Of a stretch of DNA of 64,000 bases, positions 21,079 through 30,317 are shown one piece after another. The stretch is taken from NCBI GenBank assembly GCA_002723035.1, contig PBNH01000021.1, positions 1,272-65,271 of the forward strand, read 5' to 3'. A program made the translations under genes and the position numbers. The DNA is from Rhodobiaceae bacterium (GTDB lineage Bacteria > Pseudomonadota > Alphaproteobacteria > MED-G09). Position 1 is the stretch's first letter. Each line of letters begins with the position of its first letter. The notes under the pieces were generated by a model. It was not told where the DNA came from, searched no databases, and worked only from the letters and a program-made list of their open reading frames with translations.

Positions 21079-22506
21079 ATGAATAGTAAAAAATTTATAG
21101 AGAGAAAAACAAAAATTCTTGCAACTTTAGGACCTTCCTCAAATACAATAAAAAAGATAGTTGAGCTTTCAAGGGCAGGTTCAAATGCATTTAGATTAAA
21201 TTGTTCTCACTTGAGCGAATTAGATTTACAAGAGTACATCAAAAAAATTAGAAGAGCCGAGAGTCTTATTAATAAACCGATTGGTATCCTTGTTGACCTT
21301 CAAGGCCCAAAAATAAGAATTGGTAATATTTCAAAAGATCAAAATCTTTTAAAAAAAGGCGATATTTTTATTTTAGATAATTTAAAAGAAATTGGTAATA
21401 ACAAAAGAGTTTACTTATCCAATAAAAAAATTTTCAAATCTGTAAAAAAAGGGCATCTTATACTAATTGATGATGGCAACATTCATTTAAAGATAATTAG
21501 CATTAAAGAAAATTTAATTAAGACTAAAGTCCTTCAAGGTGGAATTCTTAAATCTAATAAAGGCTTAAATTTGCCTCAATCTGATTTTAAAACCTCAGCT
21601 TTGTCTAATTCAGATAAAAAATTTATAAAAATTGCTTCAAATTTAGATGTTGATTGGATTGCTTTATCATTTGTTCAAAAACCTTCGGATATCAAAGAAT
21701 TAAAAAAACTTTGTAATAATAAGATATCAGTAATGGCTAAAATTGAGAAGCCATCAGCTTTAAAATATATCAATGAAATATGTGAAATTGCAGATGGTAT
21801 TATGATAGCAAGGGGTGACTTAGGTGTTGAACTTCCAATTGAAAGTATACCTGGTTGGCAAAAAAAAATTATAAGAACATCAAGAATTAGGGGAAAGCCT
21901 GTGGTGGTTTCAACACAAATGCTAGAGTCCATGACTTCGTCACTAAGACCAACAAGAGCAGAGGTTTCTGATGTTGCTAATGCTGTTTTTGAGGGTGCTG
22001 ATGCCGTTATGTTATCAGCAGAGTCGGCCTCTGGTAGCTATCCAGTTGAAACTGTTAAAATGATGCATAAAATTGCATATAGCACTGAAAATGAGGAAAA
22101 TTATAACAAAATTTTAGAAAATCAAATTGAACAAACACCAAATACTATTCCTGATGCTATTGCTTCAGCAGCAAAATCCCTTGCAGATGATTTATCCTCA
22201 CCTATTATTGTTTGCTATACAGAGTCAGGTTCTACAGGCATAAAAGTATCAAGAGTAAGACCCGCTCAAACTATTCTAACAATTACCCCAATTATTGAAA
22301 CAGCAAGAAAACTATCTTTAGCTTGGGGTGTTCTATGTTTTCTTCAAAAAGGAGAAAAAAATCTTGAAAAAATGATTGAGTCTACAGAGAGCACTGTTAA
22401 AAAGAGTGGGTTAGCAAATATAGGTGATAAAGTAGTAATTACAGCAGGTTTACCTCTAAAAGTTCAGGGAACAACAAATTTAATAAGGGTTACTAGTATA
22501 AAATAA
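21079..22506 (+). CDS. pyk: Pyruvate kinase
   Basis: 475 aa. TKILATLGPS N-terminus, MIARGDLGVE active-site region. Confidence 0.9.
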   Translation: MNSKKFIERKTKILATLGPSSNTIKKIVELSRAGSNAFRLNCSHLSELDLQEYIKKIRRAESLINKPIGILVDLQGPKIRIGNISKDQNLLKKGDIFILDNLKEIGNNKRVYLSNKKIFKSVKKGHLILIDDGNIHLKIISIKENLIKTKVLQGGILKSNKGLNLPQSDFKTSALSNSDKKFIKIASNLDVDWIALSFVQKPSDIKELKKLCNNKISVMAKIEKPSALKYINEICEIADGIMIARGDLGVELPIESIPGWQKKIIRTSRIRGKPVVVSTQMLESMTSSLRPTRAEVSDVANAVFEGADAVMLSAESASGSYPVETVKMMHKIAYSTENEENYNKILENQIEQTPNTIPDAIASAAKSLADDLSSPIIVCYTESGSTGIKVSRVRPAQTILTITPIIETARKLSLAWGVLCFLQKGEKNLEKMIESTESTVKKSGLANIGDKVVITAGLPLKVQGTTNLIRVTSIK

Positions 22507-22632
22507 TTAACCTTGTCTTGCTTTAAAGCGAGGATTGGTTTTATTAATAATATACATACGTCCTTTTCTTTTAGCTACACGATTATCTCTGTGTCTACCT
22601 TTAAGGGATTTTAAAGAATTTCTAACTTTCAT
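22507..22632 (-). CDS. rpmJ: 50S ribosomal protein L36 (ykgO/type-B paralogue form)
   Basis: Not in the ORF track (41 aa). Reverse-complement translation is [41 protein letters not shown]. Abuts the pyk stop. Confidence 0.85.
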   Translation of the reverse strand: MKVRNSLKSLKGRHRDNRVAKRKGRMYIINKTNPRFKARQG

Positions 22633-22741
22633 AACATTTCCGAATTTTTGAAGAGAAGCTAAATTGATAACACAAATAAGTCAATATTAGTTAGAGTTTT
22701 TAATTAAAATTTAATAACATGCTTTTGATTATGAGTGAAAA

Positions 22742-23521
22742 ATGAAAAAGAAATATGATTATGCCCTTGTAAGCGGAGGATTTGATCCTGTGCATGTTGG
22801 ACATTTGAGAATGTTTCAAGATGCGAAAAAATTATCTGATAATGTTATTGTTCTTCTAAATAATGACGATTGGCTAATTAAAAAAAAGGGAAAACCTTTT
22901 ATGAGTCAAAAACAAAGAAAGGAAATTTTGGAGGAATTTGCGAGTATTACACAAGTGATAATTCAAAAATTCAGCGAAGAAAGTAGTAACTTTGCAATTG
23001 AAGAATTCGCTAAAAATAATAAAAAAAAGAGTATTTGTTATTGTAACGGGGGAGATAGAAATAACACAGATAATATAAGAGAGGCAGTTATCTGTAAAAA
23101 ACTTGGTATAGATCTTTTATTTGGCGTTGGCGGTGACGAAAAAATAGAAAGTAGCAGCAAGTTATCTAAAAATTATCTAGGTAATATTGAAGAAAAACCT
23201 TGGGGAAATTACCATATTATTGCTAAAAATACTGGTTATCAAATTAAAGAAATTAGAGTCTATGAAAATTCAAAATTATCCCTTCAAAAACATAAAAGTA
23301 GGTCGGAATTTTGGCAAATTATTAAAGGTAAATGTAAAATAATAATTGAAGAAAAACTATTTTATTTAAAAGAAAAAGATCACATATACATTCCAGAAAA
23401 TACAGTTCATAGAATTGAAAATATTGGAAAAGGAGAACTTATATTTTTGGAAATCCAACTCGGTAAAGATTTAAAGGAGGAAGATATTATTAGGTTAGAG
23501 GATGACTATGGTAGAGCCTAA
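22742..23521 (+). CDS. Bifunctional-looking fusion: RfaE-domain-II-like (HIGH-class) nucleotidyltransferase plus mannose-6-phosphate-isomerase-type C-terminal cupin
   Basis: N-terminus GGFDPVHVGHLRMF...NNDDWLIKKKGKPFMSQKQR (cytidylyl/adenylyltransferase HxGH fold). C-terminus EKPWGNYHII...HRIENIGKGELIFLEIQ (PMI type II cupin). Confidence 0.65.
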   Translation: MKKKYDYALVSGGFDPVHVGHLRMFQDAKKLSDNVIVLLNNDDWLIKKKGKPFMSQKQRKEILEEFASITQVIIQKFSEESSNFAIEEFAKNNKKKSICYCNGGDRNNTDNIREAVICKKLGIDLLFGVGGDEKIESSSKLSKNYLGNIEEKPWGNYHIIAKNTGYQIKEIRVYENSKLSLQKHKSRSEFWQIIKGKCKIIIEEKLFYLKEKDHIYIPENTVHRIENIGKGELIFLEIQLGKDLKEEDIIRLEDDYGRA

Positions 23522-24470
23522 TTTTTCAAAATATGTAAAGGCCCCTTACCTAGAACTTGATAATTATAGAGCCCCAAAAGGAATTGAATCATATTTTGTT
23601 TCTATGGATGATGGTATAAAATTAAGAGTATGCCACTGGAAAAATGATAATAAATTATCGAAAGGTACAATTTTATTGCAGCAAGGCCATAATGAATTTA
23701 TTGAAAAATACTTTGAAACTATTCAAGAATTTCTAGACAGAAAGTTTTCTGTTATTGCTTTTGATTGGAGAGGACAAGGTATGTCCGACCATCAACTTGA
23801 AGATATTCATAAATCTTATATTGAAGACTATAGTAGGCATGACAGAGATTTAAAATATATTTTAGAAGAAATTGTTGAAAAAAATTTTCCCAAACCACTT
23901 ATTGGAATTGGTCACTCTATGGGCGGATGCTTAATGCTATCAGCATTTCACGATCATCCAAATAGATTTTCAAAAGGTATATTATCTGCGCCAATGTTAG
24001 GATTTAGAAATGAAAAATTCCTAAAAACAGCATCCTCAATAATGAATTTTTTTAAAAGAGACACTGATTATCTTCTAGGTTCAAAGCCAAATATGGGTAG
24101 AGAGACCCCTTTTGAAGAGAATGATCTCACAAGCGACCCTCAAAGATATAATCGAATAATTAACCTGGTTAGAAAACATCCAGAAATAAGATTGTGGGGA
24201 GTTACAAATTCATTTGCCAAGGCGGTAAATAAAAGATTTAAATTAATGCGTTCAAAGAATTGGGCTGAAAAAATAAAATTAGATATACTTATCATTAATA
24301 GTCTTGATGATAGCGTTGTTGACCCAAGTAAAACTAGAAAAATGTCTGATAGAATTCAAAATTCAAAAATTTTAGATTTTAAAGGTTGTATGCATGAAAT
24401 ATTCATGGAAAAAGATTTACATAGGACTACAATGTGGAAAGGAATAGATAACTTCCTTATAAATATCTAA
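23502..24470 (+). CDS. Alpha/beta hydrolase (lysophospholipase-like)
   Basis: 322 aa. GHSMGG nucleophile elbow. 20-nt overlap with the upstream gene. Confidence 0.75.
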   Translation: MTMVEPNFSKYVKAPYLELDNYRAPKGIESYFVSMDDGIKLRVCHWKNDNKLSKGTILLQQGHNEFIEKYFETIQEFLDRKFSVIAFDWRGQGMSDHQLEDIHKSYIEDYSRHDRDLKYILEEIVEKNFPKPLIGIGHSMGGCLMLSAFHDHPNRFSKGILSAPMLGFRNEKFLKTASSIMNFFKRDTDYLLGSKPNMGRETPFEENDLTSDPQRYNRIINLVRKHPEIRLWGVTNSFAKAVNKRFKLMRSKNWAEKIKLDILIINSLDDSVVDPSKTRKMSDRIQNSKILDFKGCMHEIFMEKDLHRTTMWKGIDNFLINI

Positions 24471-24476
24471 TAATCC

Positions 24477-25742
24477 TTAAATTGGTACTAAATCGAAAGC
24501 TATACTTATTCGATTTGAATTATTTTTAATTGGGATGGTCGAATGAAAAAGTGAGGAAGGAAAAAGTAGGATATCACCTGTCCTAGGGCCCAACCTTATT
24601 TCTGGGTATTTTTTATCCTCTTCTGGGTAATTGCCCCCGTGTAAACTGAATACTATATCGCCCTCTCCAGATATAATATTTTTTGGCATATCCAGATAAA
24701 TACTTCCACTTAGCCATCCATTTTCATGAATATGAGAGTCGAGATGACCTTCACTTTGAATTTTAATAACCCACCCATTTATAGAAAAATTCTCTGGAAA
24801 AAAATTAATCATATCGCAACCATCTCTAAAACTTTTTTTATAGATCTTTATCTCACTTTTAATAATTTCTAGGAGGGATTGGATACTTTTATTATTTCTT
24901 AGAAATAAATTACCAGAAGTCTGCTTACCATTTTTAAGCAGTTTTTGTTTTTTATAAATATTTGAATCTTTATTTATAATAATTAACAAATCATCTATTA
25001 AAGATTTATTTAAAAAATCATTTTGTAGTAAATTTTTTTTATAAATAAAATTCAGAGGATCTTTGCAAAAACTATAATTATCTATTTGATTATACCTAAT
25101 AGAAGCATGTGAACTTAAAGAGGCAATTTTTGGAGATAGAATAGATTGGTTAATAGCTATGTTTAACTTAGTAAAAAAATTATCTCTATCGTTCAAAAAA
25201 TATAAACATTCTAGTTGATCAGCCAAACTAGAATTATCTTTTATTTCTTGAAAAAGATTTAGCGCCTTTTTATATGATTTATTTTTTTTGTATATTAATG
25301 CAAGAAGATTCTTAGCATCGAAGAAATTTTTATCTAAATTTTTTGCCTTTTCCAATAAAAAAATAGCTTTTTTAAAATTATTCTCTCTCTCATAAACTTG
25401 ACTTAGGCCAAAAAGCGAAAAAACAAAATCTTGGTCAAGTTCAAGGCTTTTTTTGTACATAGTTTTTGCAGCATCATTCAGTCCTGTATTAAATAATAAT
25501 TCTCCATAAACACTATAGAAATACGGATTTTTAGGTTCTAAATTTATTAATTTTATAATCGACTTTTCAGCATCAGCAAACTTCATAAGTCGTCTACAGA
25601 CAATTGAATACAAAAGTAAGGCATCTGTATTTTCACTATTTTTCTCAAGGAATTTCTCTAAGGAAGTTTCTAAATCATTATATTTCTTATTTTTAAAAAG
25701 TAATTTAAATTCTTTAAATAGATCTTTACCTTTATAGTTCAT
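24477..25742 (-). CDS. TPR-repeat protein with C-terminal putative 2OG-Fe(II) oxygenase domain (PF13759-like)
   Basis: 421 aa. N-terminal TPR repeats. C-terminal HLDSH...LFPSSLFHSTIP...RISIAFD (HxD...H...R arrangement). Confidence 0.6.
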   Translation of the reverse strand: MNYKGKDLFKEFKLLFKNKKYNDLETSLEKFLEKNSENTDALLLYSIVCRRLMKFADAEKSIIKLINLEPKNPYFYSVYGELLFNTGLNDAAKTMYKKSLELDQDFVFSLFGLSQVYERENNFKKAIFLLEKAKNLDKNFFDAKNLLALIYKKNKSYKKALNLFQEIKDNSSLADQLECLYFLNDRDNFFTKLNIAINQSILSPKIASLSSHASIRYNQIDNYSFCKDPLNFIYKKNLLQNDFLNKSLIDDLLIIINKDSNIYKKQKLLKNGKQTSGNLFLRNNKSIQSLLEIIKSEIKIYKKSFRDGCDMINFFPENFSINGWVIKIQSEGHLDSHIHENGWLSGSIYLDMPKNIISGEGDIVFSLHGGNYPEEDKKYPEIRLGPRTGDILLFPSSLFHSTIPIKNNSNRISIAFDLVPI

Positions 25743-25768
25743 TTTCTTTGATTACCTATCGATACAAT

Positions 25769-27043
25769 TTATTCAATGGGAATTATATCGAATGCAAGCG
25801 TTATTCTTTGTTCCTTTAATTCAAATGGAACAGTCCCATGAAATATAGAAGATGGGAATAAGACCATATCACCTTTATTAACATCAACTACCCTTTGCTC
25901 ATAAAATTTTCCATCAGTAGGATAATTTGATCCATGCTTACTGAAAACAATATCGCCATCGTGTTTATCTAATTTTTCAGGCCTTTTAAGATAAAGACTT
26001 CCACTCATCCAACCTTCTTTATGCATATGAAAACCAAGTGATCCCCCCTCACTCATTACTATTAACCATCCATAAAGAAAAAAATCTTTAGGCCAATGTG
26101 TTATAAAATCTGATTTTTTTGAGGCCATTTTCTCTTTATAGACATCAATTTTACGCATAATTATTTTTTTTAATTTTTGAATAGGCTCCTCTTCAATTAG
26201 AAAAATATTACCGGTAGATTGAACTCCATTTTTAAGCAAAGATTGGGCTTTAGTAGAAATTTTTAACCGATTAAAGCAATTTAAAAGATCTTTAACAAGA
26301 GACTCATTATATTCGTTTACTTTATAAAGATTGGTTTTTTGAATAAAAGAAAAAGTATCATTGCAAAAATTATAATTATCTTTTTTATCAAATCTTATAG
26401 CAGCATGAGCACTCAATGTTGCCGCTAAAGGATGAGGAGATGATGTTGAAGAGAACTCATCGAGTTTTTTATAAAAATTTTCGTAATCTCCCAACATATA
26501 ATAGCATTCCAACTGTTGGCACTTAGATAATTTTTTTGATGAAAAATCGTAATATTTTGCGGCCTCAGAGTAATTCTCTAATGCTCTATAAGCATTTGCT
26601 AATGTTATATATATAGCCTCTTCCTTTGGATTAATACTAAGAGCTTTTTTATAATAATTTATTGCTTCTTCATTATTACCTTTATTTGAATAAATAACTC
26701 CAATCTGGTTGAGTGAGTTCCAATTTTTTGAATTCAATTTTACAGCATGTTCATGACACTGCAGAGCTTGTTCAACCTTACCTATATCAAAAAAGAAATT
26801 ACCAGCGTTTGAATAAATAAAATCTTTTTTTGGATTTAAATTTACCAAGTGCGTAAAGACTTCTACTGCTTTATTTGTATTACCAAGATTTTTATATGCA
26901 ACAGCAAGAGAATTTAAGGCATCAAAATTTTTTTCATCTTTTTCAAGAATAAATGATGAAGCAGTTTTTAATTCCTCATAATTCTTATTCCTAAAGAAAA
27001 CTGGTAAATCATCTAAACTATATTTTTTAGAACTTTTTATCAT
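25769..27043 (-). CDS. TPR-repeat protein with C-terminal putative 2OG-Fe(II) oxygenase domain (paralogue of 24477..25742)
   Basis: 424 aa. Same architecture; C-terminal FHMHKEGW...LFPSSIFHGTVP...RITLAFD. Confidence 0.6.
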   Translation of the reverse strand: MIKSSKKYSLDDLPVFFRNKNYEELKTASSFILEKDEKNFDALNSLAVAYKNLGNTNKAVEVFTHLVNLNPKKDFIYSNAGNFFFDIGKVEQALQCHEHAVKLNSKNWNSLNQIGVIYSNKGNNEEAINYYKKALSINPKEEAIYITLANAYRALENYSEAAKYYDFSSKKLSKCQQLECYYMLGDYENFYKKLDEFSSTSSPHPLAATLSAHAAIRFDKKDNYNFCNDTFSFIQKTNLYKVNEYNESLVKDLLNCFNRLKISTKAQSLLKNGVQSTGNIFLIEEEPIQKLKKIIMRKIDVYKEKMASKKSDFITHWPKDFFLYGWLIVMSEGGSLGFHMHKEGWMSGSLYLKRPEKLDKHDGDIVFSKHGSNYPTDGKFYEQRVVDVNKGDMVLFPSSIFHGTVPFELKEQRITLAFDIIPIE

Positions 27044-27153
27044 TTTATCGAACCATATAGTTTAAAAAAATTAAATTTAATATAATTATTTGTTTATATC
27101 TATTATTATCATATATAAAATTAACTTATAACTTTATAATAATCATTAAAGTT

Positions 27154-27228
27154 GGGCGCGTAGCTCAGCGGTAGAGCACTACGGTGACATCGTAGGGGTC
27201 GCTGGTTCAAACCCAGCCGCGCCCACCA
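27154..27228 (+). tRNA. tRNA-Val (anticodon GAC), including 3' CCA
   Basis: Manual fold. 7-bp acceptor GGGCGCG/CGCGCCC, D-arm GCTC..GAGC, anticodon stem CTACG/CGTAG with loop GUGACAU (U33, anticodon GAC, A37), T-arm GCTGG-TTCAAAC-CCAGC, encoded CCA. Confidence 0.9.
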
Positions 27229-27250
27229 TTAATAGGATATTAGTAAAAAA

Positions 27251-27904
27251 ATGGAAAAGAGTAACTATAAAAAACTATCGAAAGAAATTGAAAATATTAG
27301 AAAAAATTCAACCATTTCAGAATTTCCAGAGAATCTTATTAATCTTGAAAAGAAATTTCCAAACAACACACTTATTCTACAGACCATAAGTAAAGCTTTT
27401 CTGAATGTTGGAGAAAATACAAAAGCATTGGATTACCTATTAAAAGCAAAAGAGGAGGAGCCAGATAATTTTTCTATCTACTTTAATTTAGGAATCTTGT
27501 TCAAAAAATTTAAAAAAGATGATGAAGCCATAATTAATTTTCAAAAATCCATATTCCTTAACAAAAATTTTGTACAAAGCTTAAATATACTAGCTGATAT
27601 CTATATTAATAAGGGAGAATTGACAAAAGCCTTAGAATGCCTAAAAAAGTCAGTAAAACTAGATATGTCAAAAAAAAATATTAAAGCAATTAATAGCTTG
27701 GGAATGGTTATTACAAGTATTTTCTTAAAAGATAAAGATGTTGAAAAATTACGTGAAGCAAAAAAATATTTTGAAAAGACTTATGAATTAGACAAGGATA
27801 ATGATATTTTTTACAATCAATTGATAAATTTTTATCATTTATCAGGAATGAAAAATGAAGCAATTTATCATTCGAAAAATAGGACTGGTGTTTTCATAAT
27901 TTAA
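27251..27904 (+). CDS. Stand-alone TPR-repeat protein
   Basis: 217 aa of TPR-like repeats. Resembles the N-terminal halves of the two fused TPR-oxygenase proteins. Confidence 0.55.
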   Translation: MEKSNYKKLSKEIENIRKNSTISEFPENLINLEKKFPNNTLILQTISKAFLNVGENTKALDYLLKAKEEEPDNFSIYFNLGILFKKFKKDDEAIINFQKSIFLNKNFVQSLNILADIYINKGELTKALECLKKSVKLDMSKKNIKAINSLGMVITSIFLKDKDVEKLREAKKYFEKTYELDKDNDIFYNQLINFYHLSGMKNEAIYHSKNRTGVFII

Positions 27905-27946
27905 AAAAAATGAATTAATTATGATTAATGGATTGTAAATTTTATC

Positions 27947-28561
27947 ATGGAAAAAATTGATATAAAAAATAGCGATATAAAAAATTTTATTGGATCATGG
28001 AAATTTGATAACGATGATTTAATAAATCAAACAATAAGTTTTTTTAATAAAAATCATGAACGACAAAATCCAAGTTTAGATTTAAAAGGTAAAATTAATA
28101 AAAAAGAAAAGGATTTCATAGAATTAATTATTACACCAAATGAAATTAAAGAGAAGAAACTAGAATTTTTTTCTGCCTATGTTGGTATTTTAAAAGCATG
28201 CTTTAAAGAATATAAAAAAAATTGGAATTTTCTCCAAAGTTGGAAAAAAATGTATTTAGGAGAATTCAAAATTGAGAAACATTTAATTGCTGGGCATCAC
28301 CTTGCATACCACTGTGATATAAATAACATTAACTCATCTCATAAGATTTTTTCATGGGCAATATATTTAAATGATTTTCATGAAGATGAGGGAAGTATTG
28401 ATTTTTTATATCAAGGTCTTTCAATCAGGCCAAAAAAAGGTTCTATTATTATTTTTCCTTCTGATTGGACCCATATCAACAGAGAGAATAAAATGAAAAA
28501 AAACGAAAAATTAGTATTAAGAGGGTGTTTTCATTTTCCGGATACTTTGAATGAGGGTTAA
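27947..28561 (+). CDS. Stand-alone putative 2OG-Fe(II) oxygenase (PF13759-like) without TPR
   Basis: 204 aa. HCD...FSWAIYLND...IIIFPSDWTHINR...LVLRG aligns with the catalytic halves of the fused paralogues. Confidence 0.5.
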   Translation: MEKIDIKNSDIKNFIGSWKFDNDDLINQTISFFNKNHERQNPSLDLKGKINKKEKDFIELIITPNEIKEKKLEFFSAYVGILKACFKEYKKNWNFLQSWKKMYLGEFKIEKHLIAGHHLAYHCDINNINSSHKIFSWAIYLNDFHEDEGSIDFLYQGLSIRPKKGSIIIFPSDWTHINRENKMKKNEKLVLRGCFHFPDTLNEG

Positions 28562-28697
28562 TGGACCTATTTATATTAGAACTTTTATAAGTAAAAAAAC
28601 TAATAACACACGAATCAAATTACTCTAGCCTTGAAAAATTTTAATTAATAACCAATTAAATAAAAATCAATATTTTTAATCAACGGAGGTGGATAAA

Positions 28698-28952
28698 ATG
28701 TTATTAGAAGGATTAGGAAAAGTTTCTTTTGTTAATGGTGTTTTAAGAATACAAGCATTAGCAATTGCTGCAGATGGAACTATGAAAGAGTCAGGAAGTA
28801 TAGAAATTCCTGGAAATATGGTTGCCGATGTCATCAATGGACTAAGCGCAGGTGCGACTGGCATATCTGAAAAATTAAATGAAAGCGCCCCATCTAATAA
28901 AAATGATAAATCTAGCAAAAAAGAAAAATCATCTAAAAATAAAAAGAAATAG
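28698..28952 (+). CDS. Small hypothetical protein (84 aa) with lysine-rich C-terminal tail. First gene of the T1SS operon.
   Basis: Strong Shine-Dalgarno GGAGGTGG 5 nt upstream of the ATG at 28698 (the ORF track began at GTG 28689). 3-nt gap to the tolC-like gene. Confidence 0.4.
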   Translation: MLLEGLGKVSFVNGVLRIQALAIAADGTMKESGSIEIPGNMVADVINGLSAGATGISEKLNESAPSNKNDKSSKKEKSSKNKKK

Positions 28953-28955
28953 TTA

Positions 28956-30317
28956 ATGAATAAAACTTTATTACATTCACTATACGTAATAAAAATAACT
29001 TTTATTGCTGCTCTGATAATACTGCCAGTTCATGCAAAAGATAGTATTGAAAATTCTATTGTAGAAAATTCACAATTATCATTTTCAAAAATTATCATGA
29101 AAACAAAAACAATTGGTGAAGATGATTACTTTGATTTCATTCGGAGTAGCATTATTGAACAACCAGAATTTTTATATGCAAACTCTAATTATACTGAAAA
29201 AAGGGAGTCTTTAAAATTTGCCAAAAGACAAAGATGGCCAGAATTATCAACTAGAATAATTAATGATCAAGTCCTAGAGAGAGATGTTAGTGAGCAAAAT
29301 TCTCTTAGAAAGAGACAAGATGATAGTTTTGATGCCGCTATAGAATTATCACAACCAATTTACTCTGGTGGAACTATTAATGCACAAATAAGAAAATCAA
29401 TTACAGATAAAAACTTATCCGAGGTTGAAAGAGAAAATGCATTATCAATACTTATTTTAGACGCTAACAGAATTTATCTAAATGCTGTAAAATCATACAC
29501 AATGTTTAATTATGCTGATAAAATTGTTGAGGAAATTCAACCTTATCTTAATAAAGTAAAAGAAAGAGTAAATTTAGGAATTTCTGATCCAATTGAGTTA
29601 GCTTTATTTTCAATTAAATACAACTCTCTTAAATCAAAAACACAAATTCTCAAAACAGAGATGAACAGAGATATTGGTATATTTGAATATTTCTTTGGCA
29701 AGAAATTTAATTCTATTTATTTTCCTAATATTTTTGTTCCCGAAATTGAAATGGATAGAAAAAATGAGGCCTATGAGGTTAAAGCTTCAAAACTAAGTTT
29801 TGAGGGATCAAAAGAAGACACAAACATCGTAAGAGGTGAGTTTAGACCAAAATTTGGTTTTAATACCAGATACACGATTTATGATTTAAAAGATAATGAT
29901 AATGATACAGATATTAGAGGTGGTATTTTCTTTTCCATGCCAATATTTACTTTTGGAAGGTCAACTGCAAAAATTGCTGCATCAAAGGCAAAAGAAAATG
30001 CACTTGAAATGTCAATCGATGTTGAGAGAAAAAATGATGATGTTGCAGAAAATGAAGTTGTAAACCTTGTTAAAAGTGCTTTTAATACAAGAGAAGATAT
30101 TATTAATTCACTTAATGATACAAAAAATCAAAGGAGGATTATAAAAAATAGACTCGATTCTACAAACTTTTCACCAGAGAGTTTTGTTACAAGTAGTATT
30201 GAGGAGATTGATTTACTGAATCAAGCTTTATCGATAGAAATGAATATGCTGCATGGGTATTTTACTTTTCTTCACCAAAATCAGTCTCTAACCTCACATT
30301 TAAGGATTAAACCATGA
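28956..30317 (+). CDS. TolC-family type I secretion outer-membrane protein
   Basis: 453 aa. N-terminal signal peptide (IAALIILPVHA). Helical-repeat TolC-like architecture and operon context with ABC/MFP. Confidence 0.75.
   Translation: MNKTLLHSLYVIKITFIAALIILPVHAKDSIENSIVENSQLSFSKIIMKTKTIGEDDYFDFIRSSIIEQPEFLYANSNYTEKRESLKFAKRQRWPELSTRIINDQVLERDVSEQNSLRKRQDDSFDAAIELSQPIYSGGTINAQIRKSITDKNLSEVERENALSILILDANRIYLNAVKSYTMFNYADKIVEEIQPYLNKVKERVNLGISDPIELALFSIKYNSLKSKTQILKTEMNRDIGIFEYFFGKKFNSIYFPNIFVPEIEMDRKNEAYEVKASKLSFEGSKEDTNIVRGEFRPKFGFNTRYTIYDLKDNDNDTDIRGGIFFSMPIFTFGRSTAKIAASKAKENALEMSIDVERKNDDVAENEVVNLVKSAFNTREDIINSLNDTKNQRRIIKNRLDSTNFSPESFVTSSIEEIDLLNQALSIEMNMLHGYFTFLHQNQSLTSHLRIKP

Noticed and set aside
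27154-27228. tRNA-Val as an integration site (searched by eye for a direct repeat of the tRNA 3' end and for an integrase nearby)
   Set aside because: No integrase, recombinase or transposase ORF was found anywhere in the window, and no second copy of the tRNA 3' segment was noticed. The island is more likely a recombination-replaced hypervariable region. An exhaustive repeat search was not possible by eye.
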